Notes: generated by a model from the letters alone, not told the origin. A DNA stretch of 64,000 bases from Psammoneis japonica (GCA_008632985.1 QPGO01000068.1:248001-312000); one strand, 5' to 3'. Numbered from the stretch's first letter, positions 36,846 to 49,900 are shown. Numbers and translations are program-made.

Positions 36846-39037
36846 CTAAGCACATTCGACGCGCAGCTCAGAGAGACCGGGGAATGGAACGGAAAAGGGG
36901 CCAGAGGTTCTCGTTCGGGTGTATGTTGTGCCGCCACGCGCGCATTCGCCAGCATGGTGGCACAAAGTCACCTTTGTGTTCACTCCCAGGAGAACATTAC
37001 TCGTCGAGTCGTTGCCAGTCCAGCACGAGATGGATGGAAAGATCCAGTTGCCTTCCCGAACAGAACATGTCTTGACAGGCCAGCCAGCTTCAAGCGTCTG
37101 CAACACAACCTCACACTCACCAGGACGTTCCTTGCCGTCGCATGCCGGAACGATCACTGTTGGGAATGGCTTCCGCCAGCTATTTTCCGGCGAGAAGGGA
37201 CAAGTCCCGCCTGAGCCCCAATTTCCGCAGCAATAGCCAGGACAGGTGGGACTGTTGCCACCAGGAGGAAGATACTGAGGGTTGGCAACCCTTGTGTTGA
37301 CGGGCGGGCATAAATCCTGGTACAGCTTGTCGTACGCATAGCAAGACCCAGTCAATGGCGTCTTGGTCACCTCATTGAACAATGCATATCCTTTGCAGAA
37401 CGGTGACAGGGGAATAGCTCGGAGAATGACGAGATCATTTCCATTGACTGTGTAGACATATCCGTTAGAGTACCACAAGCCGCCATCTTGGAGCCCGTTG
37501 CCGCCTTCATCTGGCACGGTGTGATGTGGGAACTCATGCCAACCAACCAATATCGGCGAGGTGGCATCTTGCACTTCGTAGGCGCTGATATCTGCTTTCC
37601 CCCAGTGGTCCTTGACGTAGAGAATACTGTTCTCGTCATCAAGTGCAATTCGAAACGCAAGCGGGTGGTTCGTAACACCGCCAAGGAGTTTCGGATTGGC
37701 GGCGTTTGCACCGTCAATGTCGAAGATATAGAATCCTTCGCCATAACCACTGGCATCCCTTGCTGTTGCATAAAGTCTCTTCCGATCACGGGAGACAATC
37801 ATTTCATACGGGGGAAATTTTCCTCCGGGTGGTCTGAAAGATCCAACCAGATAAGGCGCTGTCCTCTTGTTTGATATATCGTATATGTTGACGGGAGCAT
37901 TAACAGCATTGTCACTGACCACGTATGCATAGTTTCCGTTAGTAACCACCTCCCAGCCGTCCCCGGGAATGCGAGAGCTACGTGAAGTAAGGCGCAGTGA
38001 ATAATCACCCGTAATCTCATAGATTGAGAGGTAATATCCAGAGTAAAACAGGTAATTTCCCTCCGATATCAGACCCTTGTGGCAGTATGTTTCCTCAAAG
38101 CAGCTTGGTTTCATCACGGGTTTTCTAGGATATATATCCAAGATGTTAATCATTGAGAGTCCACCGAAACGGTGTGCTGTCCACAAGTGATCGCCAGAAA
38201 CCCATAAGTCATGAATGTTGCGCCCAAAGCACGTGTCAATAAACGCAACATATTCGGGCGCAGCCCTGTCTGAAATGTCGTAGATCAACACTTTATTGGA
38301 TCGATCCACGCCGAGATACGCGTGCGTTCCTTCCACTTGCATTCGCACTCTGAAGGGTGGGCTATGACGCAGCAGGGTTGGAATTAACTGCGTTTTGGAC
38401 ACAACAGGCATTGACGGCGCGGTACGTCGTGCTGCGATGGAAGAGTCCCGATCCTCCTTGGCGTCTGCGTCTTCATACGGAACAACATTCTGACAGTCAA
38501 GCGAAAACCGATAAGTGGATTAGACTTCAATGAGACTGCTGTACAAAGCTCGTTGATGAAAACTCACAGTAAAAAGCGGCTTTTTCTCGGGATCGCTGGT
38601 TTCATTTGTTCCAAACGCGCTTCCCTGTACCCGATCTGACACAGGTTGAAGACGCCGTGCATTGGAACCGCTTGCTCGTTGATGGAAGTGCCCCGTAGCA
38701 AGTGGCTTTTTCTGGGGTTCATTGGTATCATCTGGTCCAAATGCGGCGTCTCCTTGGACCCCATCTGATACAGGTGTAAGACTCCGTGAATTGGAATCAC
38801 TTGCTTCTTGTGGCGTAGCCTACGAGATTACAAAAGCCGGGATAAGATCAGGTTAAACGCCAAATCTGTTTGTTCTTTGTACATCAAACATGCGGTCGAT
38901 AAGAGACGTGTTTAGGAACTTACCTCGTCGTTCCATGTCTCCGTCTCAGCAAGAACGTCAACCATCTCACTTGCTCGAAGGAGGACTGATGTCGCAAGGA
39001 TCCAGCCGCACAACCGGTTTCGCTTAAAGAGTTTCAT
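36846..39037 (-). CDS. Putative secreted LVIVD-repeat (beta-propeller-like) protein with a Cys-rich C-terminus, ~669 aa; exons 39037-38924, 38819-38568, 38489-36846
   Basis: Signal-like N-terminus MKLFKRNRLCGWILATSVLLRA; phase-0 GT-AG introns keep frame; repeats such as VEGTHAYLG..VLIYDISD..PEYV, NGNYAYV..VNIYDISN..PYLVG, FYIFDID..PKLLG. Confidence 0.75.
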
Positions 39038-39162
39038 TGTTTCACTGGTTTCATTTGTTGGTTTCGCTTTTTATGGTACTAGAGGATGAATTTCGATCCT
39101 TCCCACAACTTTGCTTTTAGGGTTCGCAGTTCATTCTATTTAAGGAGACCAACAATAAATGT

Positions 39163-39833
39163 TGGCCAACATTTGTTGGTGACATTTGTTTCTGTTAACA
39201 ATTCCGCGATCGACTTCTTGGGAGACACTGTCTTTGAAAAAACCGCGAGAGTATTTGCCCTTTACCATAAACGTTGCCAAACATTTATTGCCAAAATTTT
39301 ATCATCGTTGATTCATTCTCTCGAAGACAATTGTTCGAAAGCGCTTGTCGCGTTTTCACTTATCGATTTCATGACGACATTGCCAACCTAGTGGCTTCTC
39401 TCGGTGTTATATCTCAATTAACAATGTGACTGGCACCAGTTGCCCTCCCCTGCCCACTCCTTAAATGACTAGTCTTCGACGGCAACTGCCACGATGTGGT
39501 CGGGTTCTCATCGCCAAGCACCGAAGGTGCCTCCTCACGAGGTGATTGGTCATTGGTTGCTTGGCTTTCTGCGTCGGAGTTCTTGGAAGTCTTCGTCTCT
39601 ATCAGCAATAAATGTGTGTTGAGAATATCCTTGCTTGTGGCCAACATTTATGGATGTCATTTGTTTCTGTTAACAATTCCGCGATCGACTTCTTGGGAGA
39701 CACTGTCTTTGAAAAAACCGCGAGAGTATTTGCCCTTTACCATAAACGTTGCCAAACATTTATTGACAAGATTCATCGTCGTTGATTCATTCTCTCGAAG
39801 ACATTTGTTCGAAAGCGCTTGTCGCGTTTTCAC
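39163..39833 (+). repeat. ~197-bp near-identical direct repeat (39163-39359 and 39638-39833) upstream of the LVIVD gene
   Basis: CATTTGTTTCTGTTAACAATTCCGCGATCGACTTCTTGGGAGAC...GCGCTTGTCGCGTTTTCAC occurs twice. Confidence 0.95.
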
Positions 39834-41049
39834 GTAGACATCGTTTAGTCTGGGCACCAGGACCCCGGGACTGAATCCCGGGTTTTTTGAATAAGGAAAC
39901 TATGCATTCGACCAAGAAATTACATTTTTCATAGGAACGCACAGCCGTTGACAAAAGACACAAACGTCCGTTGAATCAACAACATGTCCCACAATTGACT
40001 GCAGGTGCAACCATTTCGGTCCTCACATAATACGTGCTTTTACTTCGATGATAGAGGATCAATGTCTCTTTGATGTGTTCGTGTTCGAAAGTGAAAAACC
40101 CGGCATTCAGACCCGCGCGCTTGTGACAGCTGCACCCATTGTTGGCCAAACCCTTTGCCGTTGGTTTCCTGTTGAGACCTTTTCAGAACTCGGCACAGAT
40201 TGACAGTGTGGCATTGTGTTGCATCGAAAGTGTGGAAAGTGTGTTGGCACTGCAAACAGGGCACTGCAGCCACAAACAGAAATCCCGGGACTGAATCCCC
40301 AGATTTTTGGGGCGCCACGACCAAACGTTTCATGATGACTTTGAACCTGGCCTGGTTGCACGACGCTCGCGGAGCGGCCACTGCTGCACAGTCTGCTGTG
40401 GAAATGGGATTTTGTGCTGTGATGTCATCTTGCACGTAGATTCCACAGCAGCAAGCGCCAGTGCTAAAAAGCTGCTCAAATGCACGCGACTCTCGCGCTC
40501 GTGGATTTTTGGAGTCACCCATTCTTGAGAATCTCCCCACTCATTTTCGAGAACGCTTGCCTTTCATTTTCGAAAATGCTGAGCTTGCTCTCCCAAGTGA
40601 TGCAGTCCACACAAACTTTGTGGCAAATGCCATGAGCAAAGCATCGTCTGAACCACATTGTGCGTTGTTCAAATGCGATGCACTCCATCATGAAAGCGGA
40701 AGGGGGAAGCTCACCCCCGAGCCACATCCAAGATGCTGACACAAGAGCAATTCCATCTCATCAAACACCTCCTTTCACATTGTGAGTCTGGAGATGCAGC
40801 AGCCAGAGATGCGTTCCAGCTCCAGGTGGGACCTTGCACTGCTGCACTGTGACATCAAGAGTTTTTTGGATCTCATCGCATGTCGCGCACGCACATTTCT
40901 GCATGTGACATTCTACGAAATTGTTTCATGCTCCCCATTTTGTGAAGCCAAAGGCTTTCTTTTTTCAACATTTGCAAGAATGAAAATGTGCTGGGTGTGC
41001 TCTTTGTGTCTGCAGAACACACCCGGGCAAACTGTTGATGATGTGCTTC

Positions 41050-42420
41050 AAGTGTGAAGGAGGAGATGCGTTCGTAAAATTGCTTCTTTTCTGCTGGCAA
41101 TCATCCACATTTTCATTGCTCAACAAATTTGCTGCGGAGCTCACATGTGGAATTCTGTGGGCTCAATGTCACATGGAGTCCCACCCAGGACTGGAACCCG
41201 TCTGGACTTGATGTCAAACAATGGAGACGCAAGCACCCTGAATGGAACCAGACGTCAAAGAAACACTTCATTCGTGACAGATTGATGCATCGCCAAGACA
41301 CAAAGGTTCACCCGCCGAAGGACAAATGTGTCATCCACGAACTCACATGCTTTAACATCACATTGCAAGCTCATGAGATGGAAGGCCATCTCCGTTCCGG
41401 CAAAGCAACATTCAGCTGTTTGTCTGATGATCACTGCAACACAACTGCCAACACAGTTTGTGTTTTTTGCAATCATTGTCCTCATTGCATTTCTCTGAAG
41501 TCCAAGAAAAAAGTTTGCATCTGTTGTTAAAGATGGGGGGGAGAATTGCAATGCTTTGCAGCACCAGTTTGCAACACCCTTTTTTTGTTGAGCTGTCGTC
41601 TTGAAGATTCCCATTTCTGGAATCATCCAATGACTTCCATGACGACATCAATTTGTGCGCTCTTTTCATGGAACCCACTCTCATTGGCATCACCGCCACC
41701 ACTGCTTTGTGTTGTTTTGTTGTTGACAACCATGCTTCATTTCTGTGCAACCCCCACTCAGCCCTCTGACAAAATGGGTCGGTTTTGCATCGGCATCACA
41801 GCAATCCCTTGGAGAGCAAAATTCTTTGTCATCTCCCGACAAACTTTCAGCCATGACAGAAGAGAAGCATCACAAATGCTGTTTTCCAGCCAAGGCTTCA
41901 GGCATGGATGAGGTGGGCAGTCCTTCCCATGCCAAAATGTCCAAGGTTTTGATGGAAAAGGAGCACGATCACATCCTGTGCTTGCTTGATCACATGGAGA
42001 TGGGTGACATTGACAAGGGTCTCAATGCAAAGCAGTGGTGCTGCAAACATCCCAAGTGGCACCGCATGAACAACAAGCACCATGTGAGTCATTCTCAGGA
42101 GGGTCCTTCATTGCGTTTTTGCAATGGAGAGGAAATGCCCAAACAAGTTGTTCACCAGATGATGTGCTTTGACATGCTCAAACAAATCCACTCATTGTCC
42201 GGTCACAAGAAGGTGGCATCCACTCATGCTGTTGCAAAGGACAAGCACTTTGATGTCACCCAAAGCATTGTGAAGGCTTTCATTGACACTTTCCCTCAAT
42301 GTTCTTTGAAGCAGCCACGTGTTCCAAAGCACAAAGGTGCCATTGGTCCCACAATGTCTGATCATTTTCATGACAGGGCACAAGCAGACTGCATCGACTG
42401 CACAGAGGATCCCCAAACTC
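41050..42420 (+). pseudogene. Two tandem remnants of a Ginger-like integrase N-terminus (HHCC zinc finger); the second runs into the start of the catalytic core
   Basis: AHEMEGH...FCNHCPHC (~41370-41490) and IHSLSGHKK...IVKAFIDTFPQC..K...GPTMSDHFHDRAQADCID (~42190-42400); both are preceded by KQWxxKHPxW. Confidence 0.65.
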
Positions 42421-42449
42421 ACAGCCATTCTGATGCTGTGCATCTGCTT

Positions 42450-44030
42450 CTGTTGCTCATGTTGCTCCTGTTGTTGCTGCTGGTTTTGCCTCAGAAGAAT
42501 GTTGGTGAAATTTTGAACTTCTGCTGACAGGCAATCCATTTTCCCAACCAGAACCTGTGCATCGGTGCGAACCGAGGAGAAAGCTGACTGTGCAGCAATG
42601 TTCAGATTTTGAATCTCATCTTCTTCTGCAGTGTCCATGTCAGCCAACTCTTGAAGCCTGTCCCTTGCCCACTCAATGTGCCTGCTGCCAAAAACACGAG
42701 CCAACAGATGGGATGCTTCATGCTGCGGACACTCTGTGACCCAGTGGATGCTGTCTTGGCACAGGACGCGAGCGAAAAAAGGTGAGGTTCCACATAAAAA
42801 GTTTGCACCACATGGCCACTTACGACCAACATTGTGTTGCTGTTTCCATGCAGGCAGTCTTGGCCACATCATCTCTGCCAACTCAGTGTCAGTGACGTTT
42901 GGTTTTCTGGGAACTGGTTTGCCAAAGGATGTGTTGGCACCAGGGACGCAGTGAACTTTCTCTCCATGCAGCTCAGAAAACCCGGTGGCAATCAACTGCA
43001 CTGTGCTGGAGGGATCTCAGGCAAGTGTGACACATCAAGTGAATCTTTTCCATGTTTGGTCTGCTGCTCAATGTTTTCCTTGCTTGCCCCGCCCATGTTG
43101 CCAGAATTGATGTCTTCGCGGCCCTGCAAACCCATTGATGTGCCTTTTGGTGCGTGTCTGATGTTTTCCAATCAACCAGTTCATGCTTGCACCAGTCCGG
43201 GAATCCATCATGTTGATGGATGAAGCAGATTTTGGCATTGCTGTGAAACCGGCAAGTGGCGATGGTGGCGTTCATGCCAGCTGAGCATCGCTTCCAGTCG
43301 CGGTGCCGCCACATGCCTGCAACTCTTTTTTTGTGGGAGCCTTGTTTGCCTGTGAACCATTGCTCAATCAGAGCTGTCATTGGACGTGCAACTGATTTGT
43401 TTGGGTTGCCGGGGCCGTGAGTTTCATCACAGTGAATGTCTGCATGTCGTGTGAGTCAGAGCTGATCACCTCGCATCATGGTCTGGCTGCAGCTGGTCCA
43501 TGATGCCGCCAAGTTCTTCCAAGCAGTGGATTGAATGACACAATTCAATGTCTTGTCCTCAGCAACACAAGACAGAGCATCCATGGGCAGCTTGTCATGA
43601 GCTGACACAAATGCAGTGAACAAACTTTGGGTGCATCGCTCCTTGTGTGCCACCAGAGCAACGTCAACTGCCTCTGATCTCACAACAAATTTTGGATTGG
43701 GAGGTTTGTGCTCCTCCCAAGATGAATGATGCTGCAGTGACCAAATGACACACTTGTCTGACTTTGGCATGACATCTTGTTTCGACACTGCCTCCAAGAA
43801 GTGCTGGTCAACCTGGTCTTGAGAGTCAAGCAAGGCGGCCCCGACAGAGCTGGCGATTTGTCCACCCACCTTTTGCATGCATTCCACTCAGTGACACAAG
43901 TGCCATCCACCTTGGGTGGTGTGACAGTTTGGGCCAACAAGTCTCCCATGGAGACCTGAGATGCCATCTTGGGTCTCTTCTTCTCACTGTGATGGCCTCG
44001 AGGGATCATCTGTTGGGGTGCACCCACCTT
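42450..44030 (-). mobile_element. Degenerate Crypton-like tyrosine recombinase / Ndc10 domain-II ORF
   Basis: MMRGDQL, HGPG, GMWRHRDWKRC, FPDW, MQLIATGFS..HCVP, ELAEMMWP, NFL..FFARVLCQDS match my recollection of the Crypton/Ndc10 motif order. Confidence 0.65.
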
Positions 44031-44239
44031 GCTGTCAAAAGAAAAGAGGTTTTTGAAATCAAATGCTCACTTGTGGCAGTCAACAAAAAATGGAGTCATT
44101 TTGAATCATGTTGACACACGAGTGGGAAGAAAGAACACAGGTTCTTGTCTTCACCAACCACAGGCCTGTCCGGGGTCCGGGAATCATTTTAATCACCAAC
44201 CCTGCTCATTTCAATTGCCGACAATTGGCGATTGAAATG

Positions 44240-44680
44240 AGAAGCATTTGAGCACATTTGAGCACTTTTGAGCAAATGAGCAGCAACCAACAAGTGATCA
44301 ACCGAACGTGCCATGTCCTGCTGTTACATGCCAATCAACTCTGAAGTCTCCAAACCACAAAATCAACAGGCCTTTTTCTTTTGCTCCCATTTCTGGAATT
44401 CGGGATGCATTTGTCAGACTTGCCGTGGCCCTGAAGCAGGCGACACTGCACATTTGAGCATGCCTTCCAATGAGATGTGCTTGGCCTTGCTGTGTTTCCA
44501 TTTCTCTTCTTCTTTGTTCAGCATCATCATGTCTGTTGGTCAAGGAGAATTCAAATGAGCAGCATTTGAGCACGATGATTCAAATGAGCAGCATTTGAGC
44601 ACATTTGAGCAAATGAGCAGCATTTGAGCACATTTGAGCACATTGTTTGAGCTCATTGTTTGAGCACTTTTGAGCACAAC
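44240..44680. repeat. CATTTGAGCA 10-bp minisatellite clusters (~44240-44285 and ~44553-44680)
   Basis: Repeated CATTTGAGCA / AAATGAGCAG units. Confidence 0.85.
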
Positions 44681-45899
44681 TGGCAATGACATCAGCAAAT
44701 TGGCGATGACATCAGCAGAGTTGGTGATGAGAAACAAACAAATGTTTTCATTTGAACAAATGTTCACAAAAGGATGATTGTGTGTCCTTGTTGGGAGGAC
44801 ACAAATCCAACAGCATCTGTCATGGCACATTTCACATGTGATTGCGGCATTTTCCTGTGCAGGCGTGTGTGCGTGTGTGAGGTGCAAGTAGAGTGCACGC
44901 AGAATTGCCACTGAGTGAGTTGACATGCGGTGGATTTTCTGCCAGTGCACAATCTGTGTGGTCCACATGACACAGACAAATTAATGTGGGTCTCCAGAGC
45001 TTTTGCATGTTGTCAAATTTTGTCATGCTTTTTATGCACGCACATGGCAATTCAAAAATCTCACAGAACATCCCGAAACAAGTCTTGAATCTGAATAAAA
45101 AAAAATTCTTCTTAACGGTCCGAACAGGGTTGTCATGAAGCACTTCTCAAAATGTCATCAGATTGAATGCAGCAGAACATCCGCTGTTGCCAAAACAGAT
45201 TTGCTGTCAGCAAAATGGAGCTGTGTCCTTTGCGCGCAATGACAGCGCATGACAACGCACAACAACACCATGACGAGCAATGCCGCGAATGCCGTTCATG
45301 ATTTTCCAGATGAGATCAATGTGGTTGAGCAATGTTTGTGCACTGCAGTCGTGGGTCAAGTTGGGTTTCTTCTCACTGCTTGTTGTTGCATCATTTTACA
45401 ATGTTTTGACCCACACCGTGTTCTTTGCTTTGTTGCTGCTCTGCTCGATCCCCACCAACAGCTTTTCCTGCAGGGCACGGCCAGCTGCACGGCTGCACAA
45501 ACCCAAACATGTGCGACCAACCAGCCCCACCCCGGCTGACTCACACAGCCATTGGCACGTCATTGCGAATTGACAACCATCGATTTTTTGCTCATGATGA
45601 CACGTCCTGTCGTGAGTTCGGGCCCACCCGGAACAGCTGCCAAGCCATTTGGGCACAGCTGCGTCAATGAGATGCTTGCGGATCACACATGTCTCATTGG
45701 CTTGAAATTCTTTGTGGTTCGCAAATGAACGATGGCAAAGATTTCACGTGTTGTTTCGTTGTGCGCTTGGTGTCAATCCCAGTGGAAAACCTGCGCAGGC
45801 CTGCTCTGTGCTCTGAGCCACAAGCGCGCATGCGTGCATGCATGCTGATGACCTTGTGCAGTCTTGCCGTGGTCAGTGCTCCCCCCCGTTGATGTACAG

Positions 45900-46228
45900 T
45901 ACTACGAATTGCTGAACAATTGCGCGATACACGTGCCCGAAGGGTGATTGTTGCTTCGGGCACGAAATTCGAGCTTCGCGCACGTAGAGACCGTAGAAAA
46001 TATACCAGCATTCGAGAATGTCCGATTTGTGTAGATCACGTAGCACAGTACCACAGAGGTCATTGATGAAAGATGAAATTACTTCAACGACTCATGCGAC
46101 TACAATTAGATTTTCAATACCATATGCTATGTAGAAAGGACATCTGCGCGAAGGAAGAATGTTGCTTCGGGCAACGATATTCGAGCTTCGGGCACGTGTA
46201 TCGCGCAATTGTTTTGCAATTTGTAGTA
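45900..46228. mobile_element. Unmutated MITE-like element with 43-bp TIRs, directly upstream of Y14
   Basis: TACTACGAATTGCTGAACAATTGCGCGATACACGTGCCCGAAG (45900-45942) is inverted at 46186-46228 with 3 mismatches; TA at both ends. Confidence 0.75.
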
Positions 46229-46297
46229 TATTTTCAGTATTGGCTATTGGCGCCCTTGGCCCTTGGCCCGGTGTGGCAATGCCAATCACCATTAGCC

Positions 46298-46772
46298 ATG
46301 AGCAGCAGCGGCGGCAAGAAGCGTCACAGCGACGAGAGAGACGATGGTTGTGCTGATTCGGAATCATACAGAAGTTCCTTTAGCGGATCCGGCCCTCAAG
46401 AATCCGCTGATGGTTGGATTGTGTTTGTGACAGGGGTACACGAGGAAGCGCAAGAAGATGGTATGTGCAATCCTTCGCCATCTCGAACATTACTTCTTCT
46501 ATTCCTCTGACTTTCTATTGTTTGCATCGAGTTTAGACCTTTCTGACGCTTTTGCAGAGTATGGGTCAGTCAAGAATGTTCATATTGGTCTCGACAAAAA
46601 GACGGGCCTTGCAAAGGGTTATGCTCTCGTAATGTTCAACGCTTACACAGAAGCACAGGATGCAATCAATGCCTTGCACGGCACAGAGCTCTTGGGAAAG
46701 ACAGTGGGGGTGGATTGGGCGTTTGTCAAAGGAACAGGCCACAGCGGAGGAGGTGGAAAACGACATCGATGA
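46298..46772 (+). CDS. RBM8A: Exon-junction-complex RRM protein Y14; exons 46298-46460 and 46537-46772
   Basis: GPQESADGWIVFVTGVHEEAQED|DL...FAEYG..KNVHIGLDKKTGLAKGYALV...VDWAFVK. Confidence 0.93.
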
Positions 46773-46957
46773 CGGGGTTCTGTTTTTATTAGCGTTCTTA
46801 CTTGTTGATGGCTGCTAGATCTGGTTTGGGTTGGAACTTCGCATTTTTTCAGGGGCGCCTTTAAAAAGAGAAGTACGGAGAATCAAGGAGCCTATGCCAC
46901 ATGACTTTCAACTAACTTGTCGCTATAAGGGAGTTATCTTTGGGACAAAGAACAGTT

Positions 46958-49900
46958 TTAAGTGCGCCAACGGGAATTTCCGCTTCCAGAAGGGCCGCGA
47001 TTGTCCCTCCTATCGTCATAGTCTCTACGATCGCGTCGGTCGCCACCAGATCCCCAGCGGTCACCGCCATCACGACTACCATAGCCACCTCCACTTCGAC
47101 CCTCGTATCGGCCACCGCCATAGCCACCCCCGCGATCGCCACCATAACGACGATCGCGGTCATCCATTCCGGCACCACGACGGCGTGAGGGCGGTACATA
47201 CTTGCCCTTTGATGCCGCGTCGAGATCTCTGCTAGGTGGAGGCGCTCTCGCGCTCTGTTGCCGTTCCTTTTCTTTTCGGTCTCGCTCTTCATTCATTCTT
47301 GCTAATTCTGCTTGACGACGTTTCTCTTCTTCGGCGGCCTTCTTGCGACGCTCTTCCTCTCGTTTTGCCCGTTCTTCTTCCTCTATACGAGCTCGTTCCT
47401 CAGCAGCCTTGCGTTCTTCCTCTTCTTGCTTTCGCTTCTTCTCCTCTTCCTTTCTCTGTCTCGCGCGTTTCAGTTTACCCTTTTCGGCTTCGACTTCGGC
47501 AGCAGCATCGGCTTGCTTACAGACTTCCTTATGCTTGCTCTCCCTGGCAGTCATGGCGAGCTTCTCAAACTCACCAAGGTAAGCAAAGACGGAATTCTCC
47601 TCCAACTGAGACTTTTCTTTGACATCAACCTCCCATTGAAGCTTGGCGCGATTGGCCTTCTCTTTCACCTCGGCCTCATAACGTTCACGATCCTTCTTGA
47701 TCTTTGCTTCGTACTTCTTCTTTACAAGTGGCAACTCCTCGATACGAACCGCGCGTACAATGTAATCAATACGTTTCGCATCCTCCCGGATTTTACGCTC
47801 CGCGTCTTCACGCTTTTTGTTTGCCTTATCAGCATGCTCCTTGGCCAGCGCGGCAGTGTCAATGTTCGCAAGCTCCTCCTGTGTCAAGGTGTCCGTGTTC
47901 CGGTTCATGGCTTGCAGGTACTTCTTGGCCTCCATTGCCTTCATTTCCTTCTGGATCTTCTTGGCCTTCTCCTTTTCACGGAGTCTCTTCTCGCGTTCCA
48001 AGCGCTTGTCCTCTTCAACCTTCCTAGCGGCGTCTTCCTCTGCCTTTTGGCGTTCTTTCTCACGAATCTTTTCTTGCGCCAAGCGCTCAGCCTCTTCCTT
48101 GCGCTTTTCAATCGTGTTTTTGCGATCCAGAATAGCTTCATGCTCGGCCTCCATGTTGGAGCGAACCTCATTGTACAGGTTCGTGCGCACCGCCATGCGA
48201 TGGACCTCGTCGGGAGGATTAATGGTGAGACAAAAGCTCTGCAATTGCTTTGCCAGCACGGTAAGTTGCGAACGCATGGCATCGGACTCGAGCTGATCGT
48301 CCCCAAAACGCAAACAACCGGCGCGGTGGTCGATACGGACGCTGAGGGTCTTGTTCTGAGTAAAAACGACAATGGCCTTTTCCACTTGCTCAAACGTAAT
48401 GCCGAGGCCATCCGTGAGCTTTTTCAAGTTATCCATAGACAACGTGTGGTAAGCAGTTGACAAGTTCAACAAGAGCTTGAGTAGCAAGACGGATGTCAAG
48501 GGTTTGACATATCGTCCGAGGGTATTATCCTTGACATCGTCATTATCGACTTCAGAGTCAGTCAAGGTGGTAGCACCCGTTTCAAGCTTGAGTTTCTCCA
48601 ACAAAGGTTTGGCTTTATCCACCATGGCGAGAGGATCCGAGTTCTCTTCCAACAGGTCGTACAACTCACGGAGATATTCAGGAACGTCTTCCATCATGTT
48701 TTTGGAACGGATTTCGTTCAAGAGCACTTCACGGGTAGGATGGCGTGTGTGAAAGCCCAGGAGCGTAGCCATGCGAGCCGTCTTCTCCTTTGCAATGTCG
48801 TCTTCAATAGTACTTGTAATTCCATGTTGTTCCTGATTTGGTGAGCCAGACTTTTCTGAAGGAATCGACGGAATGCACAAGGTTGCCAAGAGGACGGCCG
48901 AGGCTTGCATTTGCTTCATCTCGTCACTCATGCCACGGTTGTACTCCTTGCAGAGCATGTAGTATTTGTACCATGCAAAGGCATGAAACAAGTAGTTCTC
49001 ACTCACCCAAAATAATGTGGTGAGTTTCTCGTAGTACGCAGCCATGAGCTTGGCCTTGGGAGGCGGGGCGTCGGGGACAGTCTTGCGGCGTGCACGGGAG
49101 ATTTGAAGAATGTTGTAAATGTCTTCCACAGTACGAAAGCCTTCGGTGTACAGATGCAACACACTGGCAGTTTCTAACTGAGCAAAGCGGGTTTGCAAAT
49201 GCAACTCAATGGCTTCAGATGTCCAGCCTTCCCAACCGCGAACCTGGTACAATCAAAAAATGCGGGTGTCAAAACGTGAGTTCGACTAGATTCAAAAGAC
49301 AATACTGGCTTTCTAGGGCCTACTAATTCTTGGTTGAAGCTCACCTTGTTGTTGGGTTTGCCGTCTTCGGGCAGTGGTGCGACACTTCCATACTTTTGAA
49401 GATTTCCCAAATGCATGCGAAGCATATCGCAAAGGCGACGAAACTCGGTGCGGCGCTTGTACACGCGACAAAAGCGAAGTGCTCCCACCGCAGCAGCGTG
49501 GTAAACGTGCTCCAACTTGGAGTTTGATTTCAAAATATCCAGCACAGCCCTGTACGTCTCCCAAAGAAATTTAATAGATGGAAGCAACAGAGTCGAATCT
49601 CTCTGAGCCTGACCGGGATCAGTGGACATGGTAGAAAGCAACAAAGCCTGAGGGGAGACATCACCCAACATATCCTCGTCCCCTTCGATGCCTTGGCTCT
49701 CGGGAATCGCATCAGCTAATACTTTGGCTTTCGTACACTTCTTCTCCGCCTCATCCATAAGGTATCGAATGACTTTCTCTAAGCTACCCGGAGCCTGCGA
49801 TTGACTCAAGTTTCGATACTGGTGCAAACCGTCCTTGGCCTCTCTCGGTTTGTGCAACTTGAGACACAAATTCAAATAGGTCAGCATGATTTGTTCGTAG

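Larger units (their letters stand above)
39900..45890. mobile_element. Hypermutated transposon block 2; boundaries approximate
   Basis: TA nearly absent and CG only partly lost; integrase-like and recombinase-like remnants. Confidence 0.85.

Noticed and set aside
47312..48460. 382-aa plus-strand ORF
   Set aside because: Antisense shadow of the eIF3a coiled-coil region
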